From Candidatus Omnitrophota bacterium (GTDB lineage: Bacteria > Omnitrophota > Gorgyraeia > Duberdicusellales > 4484-171), in assembly GCA_024231025.1 (NCBI GenBank), contig JAAEQW010000111.1, forward strand, positions 11,055 through 75,054: DNA of 64,000 nt, read 5' to 3'. The position numbers and the translations under genes are program-made. The notes beneath the pieces are model-generated. The model did not search any database and was not told the DNA's origin. It saw nothing but the letters and a program-made list of their open reading frames with translations. Shown piece after piece: positions 47,298-56,023 of the stretch (within the stretch, counting starts at the first letter, position 1; each line of letters opens with the position of its first letter).

Positions 47298-49049
47298 TCA
47301 TATTTTTAAGTCACACATTATCTCAAAAAGTGCTTTCGGCACCGGTGAATAAATATCTCTTTCACTAGAAACAAGTTTAACATCAGAAAAATATGGCGAC
47401 TCACTCATGTTTAACGTATACTGCGATATTGCCAAATCAAGATTGGTGTACTCACTAACAACTTCTCCAATTATTGTTAGTTGCCGAGGTAATTTGCCGG
47501 CTACAACTTCAAATCGATGCAAAACAACTTCTTGAGGTGTGATATTGCTTAATTCTTTTAAAACTCCTCCCCATAACGGCTGCTTTCCAATAGCTTTCGC
47601 AAGCAACGCTTCTCTCTCTTCAAGTTTCCTTTTGATTTCCAAATAATCGTTTACATCTTTTACTATCGGCGAATATTGCCCAATTTGTGACTGGGCACGA
47701 GTTTCTATTGTTTTGTATATGAGTCCTCGAGCGTAAGAAAAACTGTAAAAACCTAAGGCGCTAATCAGTACTATCGGAAAAGTAAGACGCACCAGAAACA
47801 TTACAAACAATGCTTTCTGCTCTATTTTCTCTCGAGGAGGAACAAGATTAATCGCGCCACCGTTATCAATACAAAGGCCAAAAGCAACGGCTAAATGCGG
47901 TGCCGCCTCTTCCATTACTAACTCTTGGCGAAATACCCCAACATCGCGCCATCCTCTAATTGCCTTTAAAGAATCTAGCCTTTCCACAGTTTTTATAGAC
48001 AAATTACCCAGATTAGCCAACAAAAACTTATCGATATTTTTGATTCGCGAAGCACCGCCAGTCAAATAAAGCGCATCTAGTGAGTCTATTTTGTAAGTTC
48101 GAAAATAGAAAGTAGTTGTCCGTGAAATTTCGGTTACCAATCTTTCAAGAACCGGACGCAAGGCTGTTGTTATCTGGTTGCCCTTAATCGCTCCGTAATC
48201 AGTGTAGAATTCAGCATCTGCCTCCTCTTGCATGGGAACACCACATTGTCGCTTAAAAGCTTCTGCGTCTTCAAAGGCAACGTCCGCACCCAATGGCGTT
48301 AAAGCTTTTAGTATTCCTTGGGTAAGATGCTCACCGCCTACAGGAATATCGCGGGCAAATTGCAAAGCAGCTGTTTTATAAAAATGCAAATAGCTCTGCT
48401 TGGATCCCATGTCTAAAACAGCCACGCGCTCAAGGCCCTCGGCAGAGTGCATTAAATTGCCTAAAGCATCTGCGCCAGTGTTTATAACAACCGGACGAAG
48501 ATTAAAACTTTTTAAAAAATCTAGATACTTATCTAAAGCGCTGTTATCCACTGCAATGCAAGTAACCATAATCGAAGGCGGTTCATCGTCAAAACGATCG
48601 GTAACAAAATAATTGAAAGACATGTTCTTGAAGTCTAATTGAAACGGAAGGCGCTTCTTTAACTCTATACCAACAGTGCCTCTTAAATCTTTTTCGGAAA
48701 GTGGTGGAAGACTAAAAGAAAAAGTAAATATTCCGCTTCCTTTTATAGCTAGCCTTCCCAAAGAAGTTTTAATCTTTGACTGAGCGATAAATTCATTTAT
48801 AAACTCTTTGATGAATCGATTCTTTTCCTTGGGATTATTTTTCAGCTTAAACGGTATGGCCCGAACGCGATAGTCAGTAAGAAGATACCCCCCGCGCGAT
48901 CTTTGAAGCTGAACGATTTTTATATAGCCTTCACCAGCATCAATACCAATCGTGTTCTGTGTGGCAAGAACAGAATTTTTGATCGCAGAGAAAAATTCTC
49001 TAATGTCGAATTTGTTTTTTTGAGTTGTTAAATCTACACCCATAATCAA
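47298..49049 (-). CDS. pilM: PilM-PilN fusion protein (second copy)
   Basis: IGIDAGEGYIKIVQL (PilM N-terminus), internal TM ALFVMFLVRLTFPIVLISALGFY, then a PilN-like region. Confidence 0.75.
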   Translation of the reverse strand: MIMGVDLTTQKNKFDIREFFSAIKNSVLATQNTIGIDAGEGYIKIVQLQRSRGGYLLTDYRVRAIPFKLKNNPKEKNRFIKEFINEFIAQSKIKTSLGRLAIKGSGIFTFSFSLPPLSEKDLRGTVGIELKKRLPFQLDFKNMSFNYFVTDRFDDEPPSIMVTCIAVDNSALDKYLDFLKSFNLRPVVINTGADALGNLMHSAEGLERVAVLDMGSKQSYLHFYKTAALQFARDIPVGGEHLTQGILKALTPLGADVAFEDAEAFKRQCGVPMQEEADAEFYTDYGAIKGNQITTALRPVLERLVTEISRTTTFYFRTYKIDSLDALYLTGGASRIKNIDKFLLANLGNLSIKTVERLDSLKAIRGWRDVGVFRQELVMEEAAPHLAVAFGLCIDNGGAINLVPPREKIEQKALFVMFLVRLTFPIVLISALGFYSFSYARGLIYKTIETRAQSQIGQYSPIVKDVNDYLEIKRKLEEREALLAKAIGKQPLWGGVLKELSNITPQEVVLHRFEVVAGKLPRQLTIIGEVVSEYTNLDLAISQYTLNMSESPYFSDVKLVSSERDIYSPVPKALFEIMCDLKI

Positions 49050-49463
49050 TTAGTCATAAGTCGTAAGTCATAAGCCTGCCCGTCCGACAGATATTAAGTC
49101 ACAGAAATCGAAAAAACTTATAGCCTACAACTAGCTTCGCTTTGCGTTTTTAGTTTTAGGCTTAACGCCAAAATGTTTTGTTAACGCGCGCGCAAATTAC
49201 AGACCTATCCCATTCATATATTGCCGAAGAATAACAAGAAAACGCAATATATGGCACCAAAATTATCGCCATACCCAAAATATTGTGTCTCCTTAAATTT
49301 TACCTACTAGAGACTACAATGTCAAGAGAATTAGTGAGTTATGAAAAATTTTTAGTTGGCAGGACAAAAAATAAGGATTAAGGATTTCCGGACTTAATAC
49401 CTGCCTGCCGGCAGGCAGGCTTATAACTTAAAACTTAAAACTAAACCAACAACCCATGGTTCT

Positions 49464-51299
49464 CTATTTCTCTTTCCATGATAGGCCGGTTGCACCCAAA
49501 ACAAATCCATCGGACGACACGTATGGATCCGTATATGTAGCAAATATTCCATTTTGTAAATACACATTATGACCGGCAATTGCTACTCCTCGTTGGCCGG
49601 CGCCAAAATTTTCACCAAAAAGATAATCAAAAGTTACATCACCATTTTCGGAATAAACGACTCCGGCAAATATTCTTTTCTGCGCGGTAAGTAATGGAAA
49701 AAATGATGTTGACGGCGGCCCAGAAAAAATATTACCGCCCTTAGTAGCCAATAGAGCTCTCGGACTGGCGGAACTCGCGGTTAAAGTTAGGCTGTCGTCG
49801 CCGATGATCGCAATATCTTTTTCGGCACAAATGCTTTTATTGGTTAAGCTTAAACTTCCTCCGCTGACATCAATTAAAACACCTCCCCCAACATACCAAT
49901 TTTGATTAGCGCTATTATTGGCACTGACTCGCATTGCGATGCCCACATCATGGTTGGAATGCCAAAGGTCAGCTTCATTATTATTTATCCTGGCACGTCT
50001 ACCACCAAAACCAACTCCGGTTATCCGCGCCCATTCATCATCACTCCAATCATCATTTAAGCTATAGTCTTTTATAACCATACCATTCATTCCAGTAAAA
50101 AATCCGCCATCACTAACGTATACCCGATTTCTAGCGGCACCACGTGGATTCCCCTGGGCTCTGGTCACTTCAAAAAATATGTCAGGTTGGGCAACTGGCG
50201 CTTGCCATCCTCCGCCGTCAAGTCTGGCACGACGATTCTGATTATTATAAAAACCAGTGCGTACTCTGCAGTAGGTGTCGTTATCCTGATCGGGCAAATC
50301 CCAAACTGCCCAATAAGTTCCGGCGGTAACTGCAGTATCAGCAACATCAATTTCGTTCCAGCTATTTGCAACCGGAGTGTAGGTCCCTGTAAGATTTGAA
50401 TCAGCCAGAATTCCTGATGGAGCTCCACCGGCATTAGTTTCGATTCGAACGGTTATATCATCGCCTGGAGCCGGGTCACTGCTATTGCCGTGTAAAGTTC
50501 TAATCGTGGTAATTGTTCTTCTGTTGGCATTACCATTCATTCGAAATGATTGAGCGTAATCATATTCAACACCAGCTACATCGCCTAACTGTACAGTATC
50601 TAAGTTAAGGGTTACGCTGCGCGTCAAAGGCGTCGGCCAAGTATTAGTTGCATTATTCTTAAACCAATCCATATCAATCGTTGGGTACGCTTCAGCCCCC
50701 ATAAAGCCTCGACTTCCACTACCCGTAGGAATTGACGCACTTTGCCAATCAACTCCGTTTTCATTGTGAGTAGCATCGCCATCACCCTCATAGCCATCAT
50801 CGGTACGGCCTAAGTCCTCATTAATTACAGTAATATCACCATCAAGATGACTTAATAAACCTGTAATTTGTGACCAATCAAAATAGTTTTTCGCCTGAAG
50901 CACTTTACCGATGGTTGCTGAAGTTAAAGTGAGTTCGATTGTCCTCTTTGCTCGACAACCGTTGATCCCCGCAACACAAACCGACTGCGAAGGAATATAC
51001 CCAACAACCGAGACCTCCACCAGTCCACCACCAGGACGAACAACTGTTATATCGTATTCACCTTTACCAATCTGATGCGGTAAATTGTCAGACACATCAG
51101 GCGCCCAGTCGCCATCGAGGTCAATTTGTTTTGCGGCCCAATTAACGCCGACTTCAGCAATCGAAAGTGCCCTCTCTGAATCAAGCGTACGAGTGCTTAC
51201 CTCTAAATCGACTGCGGTAAAATTAACTATCGTCCAGCCAATAACCGCCAGAATAAGCATCACAAAAACCGCAATAATTAAAGCTTGTGCTTTTTTCAT
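49464..51299 (-). CDS. Large PilX_N-domain protein (putative pilus tip/adhesin-associated)
   Basis: Signal anchor MKKAQALIIAVFVMLILAV, then ALSIAEVGVNWAAKQ (PilX_N-like). About 550 aa of Gly/Asn/Asp/Thr-rich extracellular-type sequence. Confidence 0.45.
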   Translation of the reverse strand: MKKAQALIIAVFVMLILAVIGWTIVNFTAVDLEVSTRTLDSERALSIAEVGVNWAAKQIDLDGDWAPDVSDNLPHQIGKGEYDITVVRPGGGLVEVSVVGYIPSQSVCVAGINGCRAKRTIELTLTSATIGKVLQAKNYFDWSQITGLLSHLDGDITVINEDLGRTDDGYEGDGDATHNENGVDWQSASIPTGSGSRGFMGAEAYPTIDMDWFKNNATNTWPTPLTRSVTLNLDTVQLGDVAGVEYDYAQSFRMNGNANRRTITTIRTLHGNSSDPAPGDDITVRIETNAGGAPSGILADSNLTGTYTPVANSWNEIDVADTAVTAGTYWAVWDLPDQDNDTYCRVRTGFYNNQNRRARLDGGGWQAPVAQPDIFFEVTRAQGNPRGAARNRVYVSDGGFFTGMNGMVIKDYSLNDDWSDDEWARITGVGFGGRRARINNNEADLWHSNHDVGIAMRVSANNSANQNWYVGGGVLIDVSGGSLSLTNKSICAEKDIAIIGDDSLTLTASSASPRALLATKGGNIFSGPPSTSFFPLLTAQKRIFAGVVYSENGDVTFDYLFGENFGAGQRGVAIAGHNVYLQNGIFATYTDPYVSSDGFVLGATGLSWKEK

Positions 51300-51300
51300 A

Positions 51301-51828
51301 TTAGTATTTAAAACTTCTCGGAAAAACTTGATAACTTAGCTGCATCGTTTCATTCATATTTTGTAAAGTTACCGCAATTACAATAAGGTATGCATCCGCC
51401 GGAGTTGAAGTTGAAACATTATTTCTATCAATGTAGTCAAAATCAAAAGCGCTAACTCCATCTAGCAAAACATATGACGGCTCTGGCGCAGAAAATGTAC
51501 CGTCGTCGTCTGCATCTACCTCATATAATACTTCACTATTTCCAGCGTCATACCTATAACGCACTCTGGTTTCAGTGCCGCCAATATCTATTAAAAAAGT
51601 ACAGTCATCATCGTTAGAAATCTCAATTACGCTGAGCTTGCGCATATCACGGCCCATACGCATCAGTCCACGGCGCGCTTCATTAACAACATCACTGCGA
51701 AAAGACAAGAAATTCCATACATCCATAGCTTGAATCAAATAAGCCGAAACCCCCAGCGTCAAAAAACCAATAGTCGTTATAACCACGACCAACTCAATTA
51801 AAGTAACTGCTTTTCGTTTCATTTTCAA
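51301..51828 (-). CDS. Prepilin-type minor pilin
   Basis: MKMKRKA/VTLIELVVVITTIGFLTLG. Confidence 0.6.
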   Translation of the reverse strand: MKMKRKAVTLIELVVVITTIGFLTLGVSAYLIQAMDVWNFLSFRSDVVNEARRGLMRMGRDMRKLSVIEISNDDDCTFLIDIGGTETRVRYRYDAGNSEVLYEVDADDDGTFSAPEPSYVLLDGVSAFDFDYIDRNNVSTSTPADAYLIVIAVTLQNMNETMQLSYQVFPRSFKY

Positions 51829-52316
51829 TAACCGCTGACTAGCGACTCCATCTCAACTGTTCCCGCTTCACCGTTAGCTTTAGTGACTGATACCGTAATC
51901 TTTTTAAAATCTGTCGGTGGGCTACTTGCTGCTTGCCAAGTGCTAGTACTTAATTCTTGATATTCTACCACGACCGAGCGCGCATAGCTTGACTGTGGTA
52001 TGTCGCTAAATCCGTGAAAATCATCGACATCATCAAAAGTAGTTTTATCGGCTGGATCTTCGCCATCAGCGCTAGCACCAAGATCGGCAACGGCGGTCCA
52101 ACTGCAACAGGCATTTTCATCAAATCGTTTCGAAACAATTTCTTCCATTAATCCCTGCGTATAAAAATTTGCCAATGCTACTTCTTCCGAAAAATTAGCC
52201 CGCCTCGTAACTTCAAAAAGCAGATTAATGAGTGTGGTAACCGCAACACCCAAAACAATAATAACCGCAACGATTTCTATTAACGTTATTGCTTTTTTAG
52301 TTGATTTTAAAAACAT
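51825..52316 (-). CDS. Prepilin-type minor pilin
   Basis: MFLKSTKKA/ITLIEIVAVIIVLGVAV. Confidence 0.6.
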   Translation of the reverse strand: MFLKSTKKAITLIEIVAVIIVLGVAVTTLINLLFEVTRRANFSEEVALANFYTQGLMEEIVSKRFDENACCSWTAVADLGASADGEDPADKTTFDDVDDFHGFSDIPQSSYARSVVVEYQELSTSTWQAASSPPTDFKKITVSVTKANGEAGTVEMESLVSGY

Positions 52317-52317
52317 A

Positions 52318-53001
52318 TTAATAAGTCGTTACAGTGTTAACCTTACCAGTCTGAGGAATAATAGTAATCGTTATACTCTCGCCAACATAGTCTAGCACAA
52401 CTGTTCCGTTTGCTGTTAAATTATTGCCATCTCTATCCTGGGGAATACCTTCCCAATCAAAACGCAAATAATCAGTAGCATTAAAATTAGCACTAGCAAT
52501 CGCCGGCCCTCGATACTGAGGGTCGGTTGTATAGTCGACTTCTAGATCTTGCCGAGTAAAAGGATCCATCAACGCTGTCCATTGACCAGAATCGGTGCAA
52601 TCCGATAAACCCGGATCGCACTGAAAAGCCAAGTATCTCTCCTGGTCAGTTCTAAAGTAAATTGCGGTGTTTATATGTGCGGAAACAGCCTTATTCTGAG
52701 CGTAGCGGATGTCTGATATCAATTTTCTGCCCGCTCCTTGAAATTTTATCAACTGAAACACCTCAAAGCGAGGGGTAGCTATAACCACCAATATGCCGAT
52801 AATAACAATCACGGCAATTGATTCTAAAATCGTGAAGCTCTGCCGCCTCACAGTGGTGGATTCTGATCTTTCAGTGTCCCGCTTTGGTGAAGCGAAACCC
52901 TGAGCAGAAAACCATCCATCCACGTCCTTACAGACGCGGTTTTCTGTCGAATGGGTGAACCCCGCCGAACACTTTTTTAATTTTTTAATTTGGAAATGCA
53001 T
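52318..53001 (-). CDS. Prepilin-type minor pilin (GspH/FimT-like?); probable real start at GTG 52848-52850
   Basis: ...RRQS/FTILESIAVIVIIGILVV. The ATG-defined ORF would give a 55-aa leader. An in-frame GTG lies 5 codons before the F+1. Confidence 0.5.
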   Translation of the reverse strand: MHFQIKKLKKCSAGFTHSTENRVCKDVDGWFSAQGFASPKRDTERSESTTVRRQSFTILESIAVIVIIGILVVIATPRFEVFQLIKFQGAGRKLISDIRYAQNKAVSAHINTAIYFRTDQERYLAFQCDPGLSDCTDSGQWTALMDPFTRQDLEVDYTTDPQYRGPAIASANFNATDYLRFDWEGIPQDRDGNNLTANGTVVLDYVGESITITIIPQTGKVNTVTTY

Positions 53002-53017
53002 CGCTTAATGGCGAAGA

Positions 53018-55126
53018 TTATTTAGCCGAAGATAACAGCTCTATCCGCGCGATAGCGCTCTTGATGATGGCTTTTAATTTCTCTATTTCTTTTGTTTTGT
53101 ATTCTACTTCTTCAATCAATTCTTTTTTACTTCTTACGCGCGTATCCAATTTTTCTGTTTGCTTATCCATCTTTTTTTGAAGACTAGTGTTTTCGGCGTC
53201 CTTAAGCATTGCTTCCTTAACCATCGCGACTATCTTCGCCTTATGAATAGCAACTATTTGCTTTGGGTCCCCTATCTTTGAATCACTACCGGTTGGAAAT
53301 GATTTTTCAATATACTCAACCGCATATTCAATTGAAATCATCAAACGTTCAATCTCTTTATTTTTTAATTTTATCTCCTTAAGAAGACGTTTAATTTCTC
53401 TGGCTTCTTTGGTGTCGCCTTTTTTCTCGATAGCTAAATCACTTTTTACTTGCTTTAGCTCATCATTCTTTTTATCTAATTGGTCACCGAGTTTTTTTAT
53501 CCTTTCTTCATGAACCGATATGATTTGAGAAATTTTCTTTTCTTCAAATTGCCGCGAAGCTGCTTTTTTGTCGAATTCAGCTTTTTTTAATTGTTTTTTC
53601 AAATCAGCTTCACTGCCAGATGAGGCAGCCAGTTTACCCTCAATCCTTTGAACAACATTATCTTTTTCAGCAAGTTTAGTGTGCAACTTTTCTATTTCCT
53701 TTTCTTTATTGTCAAGATTATCAGATATCCGGCGTTTTTGACGCACGAGAGTATTTATTTCTTTATTCGCGGCAGCCAATTTCTCCTTAAAGCCATTTTC
53801 CTGGCCGGAAAAATCATTTAATTTATTCTCGACTCTTTTGGCAGCCTCTTTTTCTTTTTTTGCAATTGCTATTAAATCAGTTACTTCATCATTTCGGCTC
53901 TCAAGCTCAGTTGTTAACCTTGCTTTCTCTTTTACAAGATCGTTTATTTTTTCTTCAGCCTTTTTTAGTTCTTTTTTAAAATTAGCTCCCTGCTGTTGCA
54001 ATTGAAGTTCTTTTGCCTCGCCTTCTTTTTCAGATAATTTAGCAACTAACTCTTCTTTTTCCTGAAGTAACTTTTGCGTGTATTCGCGGCTTTCTTTTAG
54101 CTCGCCCTCGATGCTGCCTGTTTGTTCAGAGGCAATGCGCGCACCCTCTAGAGCTTCTGATTTTACTCTTAGTTGAGCACGTAAGCTGCTTATCTCACTA
54201 TCTTTGTCTTGCAACTGCGCTGAAAGTTTTACTCTTTGCGCGGACACTTCTTTTAATTCGTTGTCTAATTTTTTTAAGCTTTCTGCTAAACTGGATTCAT
54301 CGCCCGTTGCTTGCTTGAGTCGCTCATGAGCATCTTTGGCAGACTTCTCTTTTTCGGCCAATTGAGACTTTAGTTTTTGTACTTGGTTTTGCAAACTATC
54401 AGCCTTAATTGCAATCTCTTCTTTTTCTTTCAACGCAATTTTTAAATTGCTATTTACCTCGTCTAAATTGTTTTCTATTTCGGACTTGCTCCCGGAATAC
54501 TTAGCAATCTTATCGCGAGAACTTTCAGTTTGACGCACTTGGCTGGCTAAATCTTTTTTTAAATTACCTATCTCTTTGCTTTTGCTTTGGAGCTCTACCA
54601 ATAAGTCTCTTTTTTCATTTAAGGCAAATTCCAAATTATCACCCAGTCGTTCCAATTTATTTTCAGTAGCTATTTTATCGCTTGATAATTTGTCCAATTG
54701 GGTTTTGGCTTCTTTTGCGATTTTTTTCTGCTCGGCTAGCTCAACCTTTAAACTTTTTACTTGCTGATCTCTGTCGTTAAGTTGAGTATTAAGCTTTTCT
54801 ATCTCTTTATCTTGCTGCGGTGAAGATTTATAGACTATCTCTTTTTTAGGAGCTTTCTTTAGGTCGGCTTTTAATTCTTTAATGGTGTATTTGTTTTCGT
54901 TGAGCTTATCTTTTAGAGTGTCAACTTGATTGGTGAGGTTCTTTTTTTCTTTCAGAAGAGAAAAATATCTCTTCTGCAGGCTATCGATATTGGCAGTTTC
55001 TGCTTCGATAACTTCTTCAAGAAGCTGTATTTTAGAAGTAAGTTCGGCTTCCAAATCCTCCGCGAATAATGGATGCGCAAAAACTAACAACAGGGAAGTT
55101 ATTTTTAAAACATTCTTAATTTTCAT
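53018..55126 (-). CDS. Secreted long coiled-coil protein (K/E/L-rich)
   Basis: Signal peptide MKIKNVLKITSLLLVFAHPLFA, then ~650 aa of heptad-rich low-complexity sequence. Confidence 0.4.
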   Translation of the reverse strand: MKIKNVLKITSLLLVFAHPLFAEDLEAELTSKIQLLEEVIEAETANIDSLQKRYFSLLKEKKNLTNQVDTLKDKLNENKYTIKELKADLKKAPKKEIVYKSSPQQDKEIEKLNTQLNDRDQQVKSLKVELAEQKKIAKEAKTQLDKLSSDKIATENKLERLGDNLEFALNEKRDLLVELQSKSKEIGNLKKDLASQVRQTESSRDKIAKYSGSKSEIENNLDEVNSNLKIALKEKEEIAIKADSLQNQVQKLKSQLAEKEKSAKDAHERLKQATGDESSLAESLKKLDNELKEVSAQRVKLSAQLQDKDSEISSLRAQLRVKSEALEGARIASEQTGSIEGELKESREYTQKLLQEKEELVAKLSEKEGEAKELQLQQQGANFKKELKKAEEKINDLVKEKARLTTELESRNDEVTDLIAIAKKEKEAAKRVENKLNDFSGQENGFKEKLAAANKEINTLVRQKRRISDNLDNKEKEIEKLHTKLAEKDNVVQRIEGKLAASSGSEADLKKQLKKAEFDKKAASRQFEEKKISQIISVHEERIKKLGDQLDKKNDELKQVKSDLAIEKKGDTKEAREIKRLLKEIKLKNKEIERLMISIEYAVEYIEKSFPTGSDSKIGDPKQIVAIHKAKIVAMVKEAMLKDAENTSLQKKMDKQTEKLDTRVRSKKELIEEVEYKTKEIEKLKAIIKSAIARIELLSSAK

Positions 55127-55139
55127 ACTCTTATAGAAA

Positions 55140-55787
55140 TTATATCTGTCGCTTATGTATTGTCAATGGTTTTGTTGAAGGATGCCATCTTCTTGTAGGG
55201 ACGCGATTTATCGCGTCCTTTACGTTATCATTCATATTGTACATTATTTCGTTTTTATTTTCCGTATCCAATTGCCAATTTTTTGGATTATTACGAATAT
55301 ATTTTCGAACCGCATATAATGACTGGTCATTTCGAACAATTTGGTCATAGAACCGTCCTTGCCATAAAAAAATATTCCCTGACTTGCGGATTTCGTATGT
55401 TACCCGCCCTTTATACCAACGTATTATTTTTGATAATGAAACGCCGCATGAATCGCGTATTGCAATAATACCATGCACATGATTGGGCATTATAACATAT
55501 TCATCTAATTCAACGAATGGAAATTGGACCACAATATTATCCCAATATTTATTGACAATTTTACCGTTATCATTTAAAAGGACGCGATAAATCGCGTCCC
55601 TACAAATAATTTTGCCGAAATAATTTTCTTTGTTTTTTACACATATGGTAACACCATATATACCATTTCGTGAATAATCATGATTTCTTAACCGAATTAA
55701 TTTACGATTTCCTGACATAGCGACATTATAACAAGAAGGCCCTGCCTTGAACATTATTTTCCATCCATTTTTGTTTTTGGTTCTCAA
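55140..55787 (-). CDS. REP-associated tyrosine transposase (RAYT)/IS200-like Y1 HUH protein
   Basis: HDYSRNGIYGVTICVKNKENYFG, FPFVELDEYVIMPNHVHGII (HuH) and WQGRFYDQIVRNDQSLYAVRKYIRNNP. Confidence 0.75.
   Translation of the reverse strand: MRTKNKNGWKIMFKAGPSCYNVAMSGNRKLIRLRNHDYSRNGIYGVTICVKNKENYFGKIICRDAIYRVLLNDNGKIVNKYWDNIVVQFPFVELDEYVIMPNHVHGIIAIRDSCGVSLSKIIRWYKGRVTYEIRKSGNIFLWQGRFYDQIVRNDQSLYAVRKYIRNNPKNWQLDTENKNEIMYNMNDNVKDAINRVPTRRWHPSTKPLTIHKRQI
55197..55219. repeat. REP-like imperfect palindrome agggacgcgatttatcgcgtcct (copy 1, 3' tail of RAYT ORF)
   Basis: Read directly. It is the reverse complement of the copy at 55579-55601. Confidence 0.85.
55579..55601. repeat. REP-like palindrome copy 2 (inside RAYT ORF, inverted orientation)
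   Basis: aggacgcgataaatcgcgtccct. Confidence 0.85.
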
Positions 55788-55950
55788 AAGGAAGCGCCTC
55801 GGTTTAGGCGAATTGATGCAAAAATATTTTAAAAAAAATGAAATATTGCCTCCAAGAGCTTACCGCTAAATCGTCGATTGTTTGATAGGGCGAAATATTA
55901 TTCATAAAAGTAATTGTGAATATGGGCGTATCAAAATTATCATCGTGGGG

Positions 55951-56022
55951 GGGCACATTGCATGTGCCCTGTTATTTTGTTGTCAAGTAACCCGCCTACA
56001 CCTACGCGGTGTAGGCGGGTTT
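55951..56022. repeat. Two GC-rich hairpins (gggcacatTGCatgtgccc; aacccgcctacaccTACGCggtgtaggcgggtt) between the RAYT and giant gene; terminator/REP-like
   Basis: Perfect inverted repeats. The first is followed by a T-rich run on the plus strand. The second begins 2 nt beyond the giant gene's stop. Confidence 0.5.
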
Positions 56023-56023
56023 A

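Noticed and set aside
52318-53001. 55-aa leader peptide on the third minor pilin of set 2
   Set aside because: It is more parsimoniously an ORF-caller artefact. An in-frame GTG at 52848-52850 gives a normal ~5-aa leader.
53018-55126. SMC/chromosome-segregation annotation for the 702-aa coiled-coil protein
   Set aside because: It has a cleavable signal peptide and lacks Walker A/B head domains.
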